A DNA stretch of 64,000 bases, from positions 416,001 to 480,000 of the forward strand of contig OY762463.1 in NCBI GenBank assembly GCA_963665815.1, written 5' to 3'. This stretch comes from Candidatus Cloacimonadales bacterium (lineage in GTDB: Bacteria; Cloacimonadota; Cloacimonadia; Cloacimonadales; JAIOQZ01). The notes under the pieces are model-generated. The model did no database searches and had not been told where the DNA came from. It saw only the letters and a list, made by a program, of their open reading frames with translations. This document shows, in pieces, positions 11,148 to 20,363 of this stretch. A program made the translations under genes and the position numbers. How positions within the stretch are numbered: position 1 is the stretch's first letter; every line of letters begins with the position of its first letter.

Positions 11148-13031
11148 ATGAAATTTCTATCTAAGGAAGAATTACAGAATCTTGAAAAAAAATCTTCCGA
11201 TTTACGTGGTGCTATAATAACTATGACAAGTCTTGCAGCTTCCGGTCATCCGGGAGGCTCAATGTCTTCTCTCGATATGATGCTTGTTGCCTATTCAATG
11301 GCTGACTGTCCGGCTGACGTTCACGAAAAAGGTGATTACGTAGTTGTCAGTAACGGTCACGTATCACCGGCTGTTTACAGTTGTCTCAGTGAAAAAGGTT
11401 TTTTCAACCTTGATGATGCTGTTTCTCAGTTCAGACTTGCAGGAAGTATCTTTGAAGGTCACATAGAACCTGACGTTCCCGGAGTATTACTTGCTTCCGG
11501 TAACCTAGGGCAAGGACTTTCCGCTGCTGTCGGTTTTGGAATCGGTTCCAGACTGCAGAAACAGGATAATCAGATATTTGTTTTCATGGGAGACGGAGAA
11601 CAGCAGAAAGGTCAGATTGGCGAAGCAAGAAGATTTGCAGCAAAATATGATCTCAAAAACATAACAGTATTTGTTGACTTCAATGAACTGCAGATTGGCG
11701 GAGATATCAAAAAGGTTATGCCTCAGAATATCAAAGCTAATTACGAAGCGGACGGATGGTATGTTATCGAAATTGACGGACATAACTACAACGAGATCCA
11801 TGAAGCGATCAAAACTGCAGTTGATATTGAGAAGCCGGTTATGGTGCTTGCCCATACTGTTATGGGTAAAGGTGTTTCCTTTATGGAGAACAAAGAGAAG
11901 TATCATGGTTCGACTCTATCAAGAGAACAGCTTATAGATGCGTTGAAAGAACTTGGTGCAGAAGATAACTGGGATAAGTACATGGAAATGCGTAATGCAT
12001 TTGTACCGGAACAACACAAAAAAACTGAGCATCCTGTTATAAAATTTACTGCGTCAGAACCACAGATTTATGATGCTAAAACAGATAACAGATCTGCCTG
12101 GGGGAATGCAATCAATAACATCGCTAAGGTTAATTGTGAAAACACTAAGTATGTTGTGTTCGATTGTGACCTGGCAGGATCAGTTAAAGTTGACAGCTTT
12201 GCAAAAACATGTCCTGAGAACTTCTTTGAAGCAGGAATTACCGAGCATTCAACAGCTACAATGGCAGGATCTCTGTCTAAAATGGGATTCCATGTTTATT
12301 TTGCAGATTTCGGTGTGTTCGGGGTTGATGAAACATTCAATCAGCATAGACTGAACGATATAAACAACACTAACCTTAAGATAATTACTACTCACGTTGG
12401 TCTGGATGTTGGTGAAGATGGTAAAACACACCAGTGTGTTGACTATCTTGGTCTGATGAGAAATCTCTATGGATTCAAGACTATTGTTCCGGCTGATCCT
12501 AACCAGACTGATCATATTATCAGATACATATCTTCTGTATATGGCAACTTCCTGGTCCCAATGGGAAGAAGCAAACTCCCTGTTGTTAAAAACGCTGAGG
12601 GAAACACTGCTTTTGATGAAAGATATAAGTTTGAGTATGGTAAAGCTGATTTACTTATGGATGGTAAAGATGCAGCTATGTTTGTTATGGGAACAGTTAC
12701 AGGCAGAGCTGTAGAAGCTTGCACAAAACTTGCCGAAGAAGGTATATCCGTACAATTATGGAATATTGCCTGCCCTGAAGATATCGATGTGGAAGCTCTG
12801 AAAAAAGCATCTGAAACAGGTATGATATTTACTTATGAAGATCATAATGTAAATACCGGACTTGGTGCAATTACCGCTGTAGAATTGATGAAGAACAGAT
12901 TGTATCCTGAGCTTCATTGCTTTGGAGTGGAAGGCTATGCACTTTCCGGAAAATCTGATGATGTGTTCAGATACTGCCGACTTGATGCGGAATCAGTTTA
13001 CACAAGAATGAAAGATTTAATAAAGAAATAA
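11148..13031 (+). CDS. tkt: Transketolase (fused N/C, single chain)
   Basis: SGHPGGSMS, GNLGQGLS, TPP motif GDGE..KGQ..E...N, GITEH, THVGLDVGEDGKTHQ. Confidence 0.9.
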   Translation: MKFLSKEELQNLEKKSSDLRGAIITMTSLAASGHPGGSMSSLDMMLVAYSMADCPADVHEKGDYVVVSNGHVSPAVYSCLSEKGFFNLDDAVSQFRLAGSIFEGHIEPDVPGVLLASGNLGQGLSAAVGFGIGSRLQKQDNQIFVFMGDGEQQKGQIGEARRFAAKYDLKNITVFVDFNELQIGGDIKKVMPQNIKANYEADGWYVIEIDGHNYNEIHEAIKTAVDIEKPVMVLAHTVMGKGVSFMENKEKYHGSTLSREQLIDALKELGAEDNWDKYMEMRNAFVPEQHKKTEHPVIKFTASEPQIYDAKTDNRSAWGNAINNIAKVNCENTKYVVFDCDLAGSVKVDSFAKTCPENFFEAGITEHSTATMAGSLSKMGFHVYFADFGVFGVDETFNQHRLNDINNTNLKIITTHVGLDVGEDGKTHQCVDYLGLMRNLYGFKTIVPADPNQTDHIIRYISSVYGNFLVPMGRSKLPVVKNAEGNTAFDERYKFEYGKADLLMDGKDAAMFVMGTVTGRAVEACTKLAEEGISVQLWNIACPEDIDVEALKKASETGMIFTYEDHNVNTGLGAITAVELMKNRLYPELHCFGVEGYALSGKSDDVFRYCRLDAESVYTRMKDLIKK

Positions 13032-13038
13032 TATGTTT

Positions 13039-13071
13039 AAGGCTGTTGGATAACTCTGACAGCCTTTTTTT
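13039..13071 (+). terminator. Intrinsic terminator after tkt
   Basis: aaggctgttgga-taac-tctgacagcctt followed by T-run. Confidence 0.75.
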
Positions 13072-13129
13072 AATGCGTATTGACGTCTGTCAACCAGCTT
13101 AACATATTGATATATAATGATATGAACGT

Positions 13130-13151
13130 TCCCTGAGCGAAGTCGAAGGGA
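13130..13151. repeat. REP-like short palindromic element
   Basis: tccctgagcgaagtcgaaggga; GC-rich island in AT-rich intergenic DNA, resembles the CCTGAGCGAAGTCGAAGG repeat family I recall from FCB/spirochaete genomes. Confidence 0.5.
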
Positions 13152-13197
13152 GAATTATTACCAGAAACTACCGAAAATTAAGAATTGGGGAGACATT

Positions 13198-13830
13198 ATG
13201 AAAGATATTGATAAGACTGAACTTAAAATAGTTGAAGATCCAAAAGACAATACAGATGAAGAACCGATTATTCTTGATGAAAGACTGGAAAGACCAACTT
13301 TCAAAAAGAGGAATCATATTTTGTTTTTGGCATCCCTCTTATGCGTAGTTTCATTGTTTTTCCCATATTTCAAACCGGAAGATACTGCCGGAGTAATGAC
13401 AATCAATTTATCTGTTATGAAGAAAGAAGTGCATGTAATTGATACACCTTCTTTGTTTGTTGTTCTCTGGAAAAACGCTACCGGAAAGGAAGTAGAGAAC
13501 TATCAGCCGAATCTACGTATTATGTTCAAGAGCGAGAATGATTTTCTGAGAGAATCATCCAAGCTGCTGCTGCATTTGTTTCCTCTGCTGATGCTTTACT
13601 ATTTCTTTCAGTTTCTGACTGATACTGTATTATTAAAGCGAATCCGCTTTCTCTTGCCGGAGCTGATCGCTTATTTCTTCACGACACTCTTTGCGTTAAA
13701 GATAAACTATGATAATGATTACTCTGTATTCGATATGTATGGAATCGGAAGTTATCTGGCTGGTGGGGCATTGGTACTGGCAATTATAGCCTATTTTGTG
13801 CATTCTAAAAAAGAAGAGAATCAGTATTAG
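13198..13830 (+). CDS. Hypothetical membrane protein
   Basis: 210-aa ORF with GGGAG RBS and about four hydrophobic helices. Confidence 0.7.
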   Translation: MKDIDKTELKIVEDPKDNTDEEPIILDERLERPTFKKRNHILFLASLLCVVSLFFPYFKPEDTAGVMTINLSVMKKEVHVIDTPSLFVVLWKNATGKEVENYQPNLRIMFKSENDFLRESSKLLLHLFPLLMLYYFFQFLTDTVLLKRIRFLLPELIAYFFTTLFALKINYDNDYSVFDMYGIGSYLAGGALVLAIIAYFVHSKKEENQY

Positions 13831-13909
13831 CTGATGCATGCATCAGCTCTACAGGTTTGTGCGAACAAGAGAAAGGTTTAACTGTAGAGACGTTGCATGC
13901 AGCGTCTAC
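13828..13909. repeat. REP doublet (REPIN-like), copy 1
   Basis: agctgatgcatgcatcagct+CTAC (13829-13852; GTAG-REP on minus strand) and GTAG+agacgttgcatgcagcgtct (13884-13909; plus strand), 31-bp spacer. Confidence 0.85.
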
Positions 13910-14002
13910 TAATGAGAAGTACACTATGTGCATCCTCATTAAGAAGAAATTAAACTAAGCATTGCATACAATGTTTTATGTAAAAAAATAAGGATTACAG
14001 GT

Positions 14003-14635
14003 GTGAAGGGAAAGAACACTTTTTACCGTTCTGATACTATCAGACATAAGCATTGGGATTACAGGTCAAATGGAGTCTACTTCATCACAATTTGTACACA
14101 ATGTAGGAAAAACTACTTTGGTAGGATAGATAATGGAGTAATGAATTTATCAAAAGTCGGTATCATTGTAGATTTATGTATCAATGAAGTTCCTTACCAC
14201 GCTAAAGATGTTATGGTTTCAAATTATATAGTGATGCCCAATCATATACATATGTTATTGCAGAAGTCTTCTAACAATGAAAAAATAGCTGATGCATGTA
14301 TCAGCTCTACAGACTTGCCTGAACAGGAAAGGTGTTCAAAAGATGTAGAGACGTTGCATGCAACGTCTACTAATGAACATGATTATAGGACTTTGGCTGT
14401 AGATGTCTATTCAAGAATCTCACCTAAATCAGGATCAATTTCCACAATTGTAAGATCTCTTAAATCAGCAGCATCGAGGCATTCAAACAGATTGGGATTG
14501 AGTTTGAAGTGGCAAAGTGGCTTTTATGACCATATTGTCAGAGACTTAAAAGAACTTGAGATGATCAATGAATATATTACGCAGAATCCTGTAAACTGGA
14601 GTAAAGATGATTATTATAAAGAATATGAAGTATGA
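14003..14635 (+). mobile_element. REP-associated tyrosine transposase (RAYT/TnpA-REP, IS200-like Y1 HUH)
   Basis: R..HWDY...GVYFITICT, VMPNHIH (HUH), STIVRSLKS, WQSGFYDHIVRD...EYITQNP.NW; GTAG-REPs adjacent. Confidence 0.9.
14286..14370. repeat. REP doublet copy 2, inside the RAYT coding sequence
   Basis: tagctgatgcatgtatcagctctac (14286-14310) and gtagagacgttgcatgcaacgtctac (14345-14370), each one mismatch from copy 1. Confidence 0.85.
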
Positions 14636-14699
14636 CTTTGGTGTGAGCCCTTATGAATGGTCCCGAGACATTCGCAATGTTGGACTTCCCATAACAAAA

Positions 14700-14823
14700 T
14701 GTCCGAACCTTGATTTAAAGGATTGAAGGATTTCATGATTCTTTACGTCGCATAAGCGACGTTTGTAGAAGCTAGTGAAAAATTCTCCTCCGATGGAGGA
14801 GTACGTCGAAGACGGGAGGTGGT
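14700..14823. repeat. Cluster of GC-rich hairpin elements between RAYT and NACHT-LRR genes
   Basis: acgtcgc-ataa-gcgacgt (14745-14762), ctcctcc-gat-ggaggag (14785-14801), cgtc-gaa-gacg (14804-14814), plus ggatt-type short repeats at 14710-14740. Confidence 0.55.
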
Positions 14824-14865
14824 GTTCCTTAATATTCTCCAAAACATTCTATTCTCGAACCAAAC

Positions 14866-17472
14866 CTAATTATAGTCAGATAAAATCGCTGTATTAGGCA
14901 TGTTTTCTTTTAACCAATCAATATGTGATTTTGGGATGGGGTTGATCTTTATGTCTAATACTCGAAGTTTCTTCAATTTAATGATAGTTTTAGGTAGTTC
15001 CTCTAATTTGTTTCCCATTAAATCAAGTAATTCCAGATTTAACAACCCACCAATTGATTCCGGGAGTTCTGTAAGTTGATTGTTATCTAACCTAAGTAGC
15101 TGAAGGTTAACTAATTTACCAAATGATTCCGGAAGTTCTGTAAGTTGACTATTATATAATAAAAGTTCTTGGAGATTAACTAAATTTCCAATTGATTCAG
15201 GAAGTTTAGTAAGTTGATTGTTATCTAACAAAAGTTCTTTGAGGTTAGCTAAATTTCCAATTGAGTCTGGAAGTTCTGTGAGTTCATTATGGCTTACTTC
15301 AAGTGCTTTCAGATTTATAAGTTTACCAATAATTTCAGGAAGAGTTCCAATTCTGTTAACGCTTAGATCAAGTTTTTCCAATTTCTGTAAATCGCCTATG
15401 GTTTCGGAAAGTAGCTCCAGATCAAAATTAAAAGCAAGATCTAAACCTGAAAGATTAGTGAGAGCAGAAATCCTGTCATCAAGTTTGTAAAACCGTCCTG
15501 AGAAAGTAGAATTCGAGAAATCTGCCCCTTCAAAATTAGTTTCAAGAATCTCATCTCTTACTACAATATTTTTCAAATTACAATTTCTTAAATCCAAACC
15601 ATTAAAATATTCATCACCAAGTAGTTGCAGTATCATTACCGCGTTTCCAGCCTGCCAGTAGTATTCTTCCGGACTGTCAATTTTCCCTTCTGTCGCTGTT
15701 TGCTTCAGTTTATCAATATCTTTTATCTGTTCGCTTATAAACTTAGCAATTTCCTTTGAGATCTGAGCCTTCCCGAAGTTCACAATATTTCCGGATTCAA
15801 TCTCTTTGGTAAAGCTTACTGCAACAAGGTAATCTCTGAAAGACTTGTGGGAGATTCTGAAGTGATTATCCTTCTCACGGGTCATGAAATCAAAGCAGAG
15901 AAATTTATCAAGGTCGTTTTCAATTTGTCCCTGAGTTTTACTCTTATAGTTTTCGTTGTTTTTCATGTGCTCGGAAATTTCTTTAACATCCATGGAAAGT
16001 CTGTCTTCGTTAATATAAAGTTCTACAGCAACTTGCTCTAATAAACTCCTTCTATCAAAGGAATCTGTTTCCAGATAACGATTTTTCTTTGCGACTCTTC
16101 TACATTCAGCATCAATCGCTTCTTTATATAAATCAGAAACTTTAAAATCTCCTGATTTCAATTTGTTTTTTATTTTCTTAAAATATTTACATACCAGATC
16201 AAGGAGAACCGGTCTCTCCATAGTATCTGAAAGCTTCTCTTTCAATTTTTCTGCTTCTTTGGGATTAATCCCGTGCGTAACAAGGAATTGATTAATCTGC
16301 TCATCATTGAATAGCTTTAAGTGCAATATATTTTCTTTGTACTTATCAAATACTTTTCTCAGTTCCTCATCTGTTCTGAAATATTCTTCACGAGTTGTAA
16401 GGATGAATTTAGATTTTTTGCAGTCCTCGACAATCTTCAATATTTTGCTGAAATTAATTCTTTTACTCTCGGTACTATTTCTGATTGCCATTTCATCAAA
16501 GCCATCAAAAACAACAGTAAATTCATCTTTTGCTGCTTTATCAGCAAATTGATCATAATCTAAAGATTTAAGACGCTTCCCTACAAGCTGAGCATTTATG
16601 TAATCTTCAATATCTTCTTCGCGGAACTTGCGGAGTGGAAAAATCATAGGAATTCTGTTATTATTATCCTCAACCTTTAGGTCACATTTCTTATCAAGCA
16701 GCTTACAGGTTAGATTATATTTTATGTAATCGCATAGTGTAGTTTTTCCTGTTCCATACTCACCCATAATAATCAGAAAGTTACTGCTGTTATTATTCAG
16801 CCAGTTGTTAATGTATTTGTAAACAGGGTCATAGTTGACTATATCGTATTTTTCTTCATCTTTTGCGTCAGGTTTCAGATCTACAAGGTTCTTTTTTGGT
16901 TTCATTGTCCTGGCGTTAAGGTCTATATATTTATTATCCTTAATGAATTTATTGTGGAATTTGGCATAATCTATTTCCAGTTTCTTTTCTATCTGATAGT
17001 CGAAGGATTTCTCTATAGAATCCTTTGTTAGTTGTATCATAAAATCATACTGCCGCATTTCAAGAGGAGTTGAAACTTTTGAAAGATAAAATTTGTACTG
17101 TGTATGTATTTCTTCTAATGCGGTAATTATTTCGTCATCTTTATTTTCTGAGTTGTATTCTATATACGTATCATGACATCTGACTGCTTTTAGAAAACTG
17201 GAATTGATTGGATTACTAATATAAGCCCTGACTTGTTCAACAATAAATGGTTCAATGAAAAAGCTTCTAAGAAACCCTGAATCCTGATTAATGCAAAATT
17301 TTATATAAGCATGAATGTATAAACTGTCGAAAGTATTTGATAGCATGTCTATACCTACATCATTTAAAACTTTGACTACTGCATGATTTTCAGATAAGCT
17401 TTTCTTCAGTTTCTTTATTGCCGGTTTTGCTATTAGTCCTGCAGCTGTTGAAAGTACTTTACTTAGTGCCAT
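14866..17472 (-). CDS. NACHT (STAND) NTPase with short pentapeptide segment and C-terminal leucine-rich repeats (NLR-like)
   Basis: Walker A IMGEYGTGKTT, Walker B VVFDGFDEM, FILTTR, RPVLL, FRISHKSFRDYLVA, NFEGADFSNSTF, about 8 LRRs of type LTELPESIGNLxNLxxLxLxxN. Confidence 0.88.
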   Translation of the reverse strand: MALSKVLSTAAGLIAKPAIKKLKKSLSENHAVVKVLNDVGIDMLSNTFDSLYIHAYIKFCINQDSGFLRSFFIEPFIVEQVRAYISNPINSSFLKAVRCHDTYIEYNSENKDDEIITALEEIHTQYKFYLSKVSTPLEMRQYDFMIQLTKDSIEKSFDYQIEKKLEIDYAKFHNKFIKDNKYIDLNARTMKPKKNLVDLKPDAKDEEKYDIVNYDPVYKYINNWLNNNSSNFLIIMGEYGTGKTTLCDYIKYNLTCKLLDKKCDLKVEDNNNRIPMIFPLRKFREEDIEDYINAQLVGKRLKSLDYDQFADKAAKDEFTVVFDGFDEMAIRNSTESKRINFSKILKIVEDCKKSKFILTTREEYFRTDEELRKVFDKYKENILHLKLFNDEQINQFLVTHGINPKEAEKLKEKLSDTMERPVLLDLVCKYFKKIKNKLKSGDFKVSDLYKEAIDAECRRVAKKNRYLETDSFDRRSLLEQVAVELYINEDRLSMDVKEISEHMKNNENYKSKTQGQIENDLDKFLCFDFMTREKDNHFRISHKSFRDYLVAVSFTKEIESGNIVNFGKAQISKEIAKFISEQIKDIDKLKQTATEGKIDSPEEYYWQAGNAVMILQLLGDEYFNGLDLRNCNLKNIVVRDEILETNFEGADFSNSTFSGRFYKLDDRISALTNLSGLDLAFNFDLELLSETIGDLQKLEKLDLSVNRIGTLPEIIGKLINLKALEVSHNELTELPDSIGNLANLKELLLDNNQLTKLPESIGNLVNLQELLLYNSQLTELPESFGKLVNLQLLRLDNNQLTELPESIGGLLNLELLDLMGNKLEELPKTIIKLKKLRVLDIKINPIPKSHIDWLKENMPNTAILSDYN

Positions 17473-17559
17473 TTGTCACTCCCATTTTATTATGGGCAAA
17501 GTACATATTGTTAATGAGATTATGTCAATGTAATAATTTTCATAGATAATGCAGGTGAT

Positions 17560-17690
17560 GATCTTAAACGGAACAATAATCATTGTTAACAACAAGAGAA
17601 TGCCATTCAGTTAAAATCTCCAAAACTGTTGTCATCAGTTATTCGTGGTTTTAAGATTCGATCAACAAAACTCATGAGAATGAACTGATA
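17560..17690 (+). pseudogene. Decayed second RAYT fragment with degenerate REP-like palindrome
   Basis: One frame reads ...QLKSPKLLSSVIRGFKIRSTKLMRMN*, matching the RAYT 'SP.K..SS.IRGFK...TK' helix; aacaataatcattgtt palindrome just upstream. Confidence 0.5.
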
Positions 17691-17724
17691 CCATGACTTC
17701 AGCAGGTTAAAATCATTTTATGTA

Positions 17725-18513
17725 TCACTCCCGCATCCAGTCTTTAAATGCTTTAACCTTACGTTTACTGACAATCACATCCTCTGTATACTCAGGTTGA
17801 ATTTTAAGAACAAGCCTGTTGCTGAAGTAAGGTTCTATTCTGCAGATACAATCAAAAGAAATAATCATTTGGCGGTTAATACGGAAGAATTTGTCCGGAT
17901 CAACTGATGATTCGATATCTGCTATTGTCATGTCAACCATATAGCTGTGTCCTTTTGCTGTCATTATATAGGAAAGCTGATTTTTTGAATAAAAATAAGC
18001 AATATTCTGTACCGGAACAGGACGCATCACAGTACCAATGCTGACAAGAAACCTTTCTTTATATCGTTTTCTTCTGTTTTTCATTGCGTCTATAACAGCT
18101 TTAAAATCTGCTGACAAATCAGATTCAGCAGGTTTGAACAATTTGTCATACTTATTCAGGCTATTCTGCAATTCTTTTTCATCAATTGGTTTAAGAAGAT
18201 AGTCTATACTGTTTACCTTGAAAGCCTGAATAGCATATTCATCAAAAGCGGTAGTAAAGATTATCGGAGAATTAATTTCGGCATGTTCAAAAATACTGAA
18301 ACTTAAGCCATCTGAAAGCTGTATATCGAGAAAAACAAGATCATAATTATCAACTGTATTGAAGAACTTAACGGCACTTTCCACAGAGTCAAGACTTGAA
18401 ATGATTTCTGAGTGGGGAAGAAGCTTGTCTATGATTTTCTTAAGTCTTTCAACTGCATAAAATTCATCTTCTACAATAACTATTCTCATATAATTATCCT
18501 TATTGTATTTCAT
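17725..18513 (-). CDS. LytTR-family response regulator
   Basis: IVIVEDE, FLDIQL.DG, FTTAFDEYAIQAF.VNSIDYLLKP, FFRINRQ, VIVSKRK...FKDW. Confidence 0.93.
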   Translation of the reverse strand: MKYNKDNYMRIVIVEDEFYAVERLKKIIDKLLPHSEIISSLDSVESAVKFFNTVDNYDLVFLDIQLSDGLSFSIFEHAEINSPIIFTTAFDEYAIQAFKVNSIDYLLKPIDEKELQNSLNKYDKLFKPAESDLSADFKAVIDAMKNRRKRYKERFLVSIGTVMRPVPVQNIAYFYSKNQLSYIMTAKGHSYMVDMTIADIESSVDPDKFFRINRQMIISFDCICRIEPYFSNRLVLKIQPEYTEDVIVSKRKVKAFKDWMRE

Positions 18514-20239
18514 CGATTAAAGGCAGAACAACAACAAAAGAATCTGAAGTTTCCCGGATATCAATCTGTCTGTCAGTGAAAAAAGATAGTCTCTTTCGGA
18601 GATTGTCCAACCCGATTTTCTCACTTCTATCTGAGTTCTGCTTTATCTGTAGATTATTCTCAACAATAATTGACTGATCATCTTTGGAGTAAACTTGTAT
18701 ATTCAAAGGGTGAGATTGAGAAACTACATTATGTTTTACAGCATTTTCTACAAGAAGCTGGATTGCTGCCGGAACAATATATTTACTTTCTGTTTCGGGA
18801 GATATATTAAACTCAATTGTAAGATTACCATGAAATCTCTGCTTCATAAGAAACATGTAAGATTCAACAAACTTCAGTTCTTCATCGATAGGAATAATAT
18901 CCTTCTTTTGAATCCTGAGTACATAATGATACACATTTGACAATTCCTGCACAAACTCTGAAGCAGTTTCCTTAGAAAAGTCTATTAGAGAAATCAAAGT
19001 ATTGAGACTGTTGAATAGAAAATGAGGATCTATCTGCCTTTTTAGAGAGTTTAATTCTGCTTCAATATTCTGGCGTTCTAATCCTACAATTTTCAATTTA
19101 TAATCAGTACGCTCTTTGTATACTTGCCTGTAGTGCTCAAACAAAAGGTAAACAAGACCAACAGCAATTAGATTAATTTCTGTTCCAAAAAGAGTGAAAT
19201 CGTCAAAAAAAACAACGATATCTGCTAAAGATAGGAGTGCAGAAAATCCAAATATTAATAAAATGACCCATTTTGCCCGTGTTGAAAACCTGTCTTGTTT
19301 GATTACTATAATAAAAACTTCAATCATTAGTATCAGATGCAGGATGGTAAAAAACTGTCGATTAACATAGGGAATTTTAAACATAAAGTTCAGGATAACT
19401 GCCAGAATTAGTATTGAGACAATATAAAAAATAAATCTTTTAGTATTAAGGTTAAAAAAAACTTTTATAAACAGGAACAGCAATGTAAAAATTGCTACAT
19501 ACCCGATCATGAACAGACTGTAATCTACAAGAGTAAATGGATTCAGGAAAATAGAAAGTGCTGATGTTCTATACTGAACAAGTCCGGAAAGAACTCCCAT
19601 CAGTCCAAAGAGTAAAAGAGCAAGGTTTGTTTTCTTCCTACCAAATACAAAGAAAACAATTAAAGCAATAAGCCCTATAATAAACAAAGATACAGCCTGG
19701 TAAAAGTAGAATTGATCATCTATAAGCTTGATTCTGTTTATTTCAAGTGCAAAATTGTAAATATCTTCTGCTTCTCCAATGTTAATATCCTCAACATCAA
19801 AAAATGGAATAGATTCATCAGCAAGTTTGATATATATACAGGAGGGTACTTCATTCAGGTAAATCAACACGGGACCGGATTCATAAGACTGCATATTGAG
19901 AATTTTGTGTTTTTCTGAGTAGCTGGAGTAAAGAAGAGAATCCTGAGTATAAATCTCAAACAGAGATGTTGTTGAAGCCATACAGAAGACTGGATTCTTG
20001 AGAGCTTTATATTCAAATTCAATCTTAAAGAACTTTACCCAGTCATGATATGAGCGTACGTATCCCTCATGCAAATCAGCAGATTTCATATCTTGCAAAT
20101 CAAAATAATTATCTTCGAAATACTCCTGATCCACCGGTGAATAGATTTTCTTTTTCAGGAAGTTTTCGTAATCATCATCTTCCATTCCGCACAAAATTGA
20201 TGATATTGAGATCAGAATTATCAAATATATAGTTTTCAT
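18500..20239 (-). CDS. LytS/YehU-type sensor histidine kinase (periplasmic domain + multiple TM)
   Basis: LKRQIDPHFLFNSLNTL, EEL, QLLVENAVKHN, KIGLDNL. Confidence 0.9.
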   Translation of the reverse strand: MKTIYLIILISISSILCGMEDDDYENFLKKKIYSPVDQEYFEDNYFDLQDMKSADLHEGYVRSYHDWVKFFKIEFEYKALKNPVFCMASTTSLFEIYTQDSLLYSSYSEKHKILNMQSYESGPVLIYLNEVPSCIYIKLADESIPFFDVEDINIGEAEDIYNFALEINRIKLIDDQFYFYQAVSLFIIGLIALIVFFVFGRKKTNLALLLFGLMGVLSGLVQYRTSALSIFLNPFTLVDYSLFMIGYVAIFTLLFLFIKVFFNLNTKRFIFYIVSILILAVILNFMFKIPYVNRQFFTILHLILMIEVFIIVIKQDRFSTRAKWVILLIFGFSALLSLADIVVFFDDFTLFGTEINLIAVGLVYLLFEHYRQVYKERTDYKLKIVGLERQNIEAELNSLKRQIDPHFLFNSLNTLISLIDFSKETASEFVQELSNVYHYVLRIQKKDIIPIDEELKFVESYMFLMKQRFHGNLTIEFNISPETESKYIVPAAIQLLVENAVKHNVVSQSHPLNIQVYSKDDQSIIVENNLQIKQNSDRSEKIGLDNLRKRLSFFTDRQIDIRETSDSFVVVLPLIDEIQ

Positions 20240-20309
20240 AAATTCTTCTTATTGTTTCAAAAAAATCTGTCAATACTTTCGTGTGTATATTCTGATTTTG
20301 GACAACGAA

Positions 20310-20348
20310 AACACCTTCCATGGAATAAATTTACAGGAAAGGTGCTTT
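20310..20348 (-). terminator. Hairpin downstream of RND permease
   Basis: aacaccttcc...ggaaaggtgctt imperfect inverted repeat. Confidence 0.45.
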
Positions 20349-20363
20349 CATTATAATTACATG

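Noticed and set aside
14651-14842. 63-aa minus-strand ORF
   Set aside because: Runs through hairpin repeats, no RBS or protein motif.
15000-15430. 69-bp periodic DNA repeats
   Set aside because: Explained by the 23-aa LRR coding repeats of the NACHT-LRR gene.
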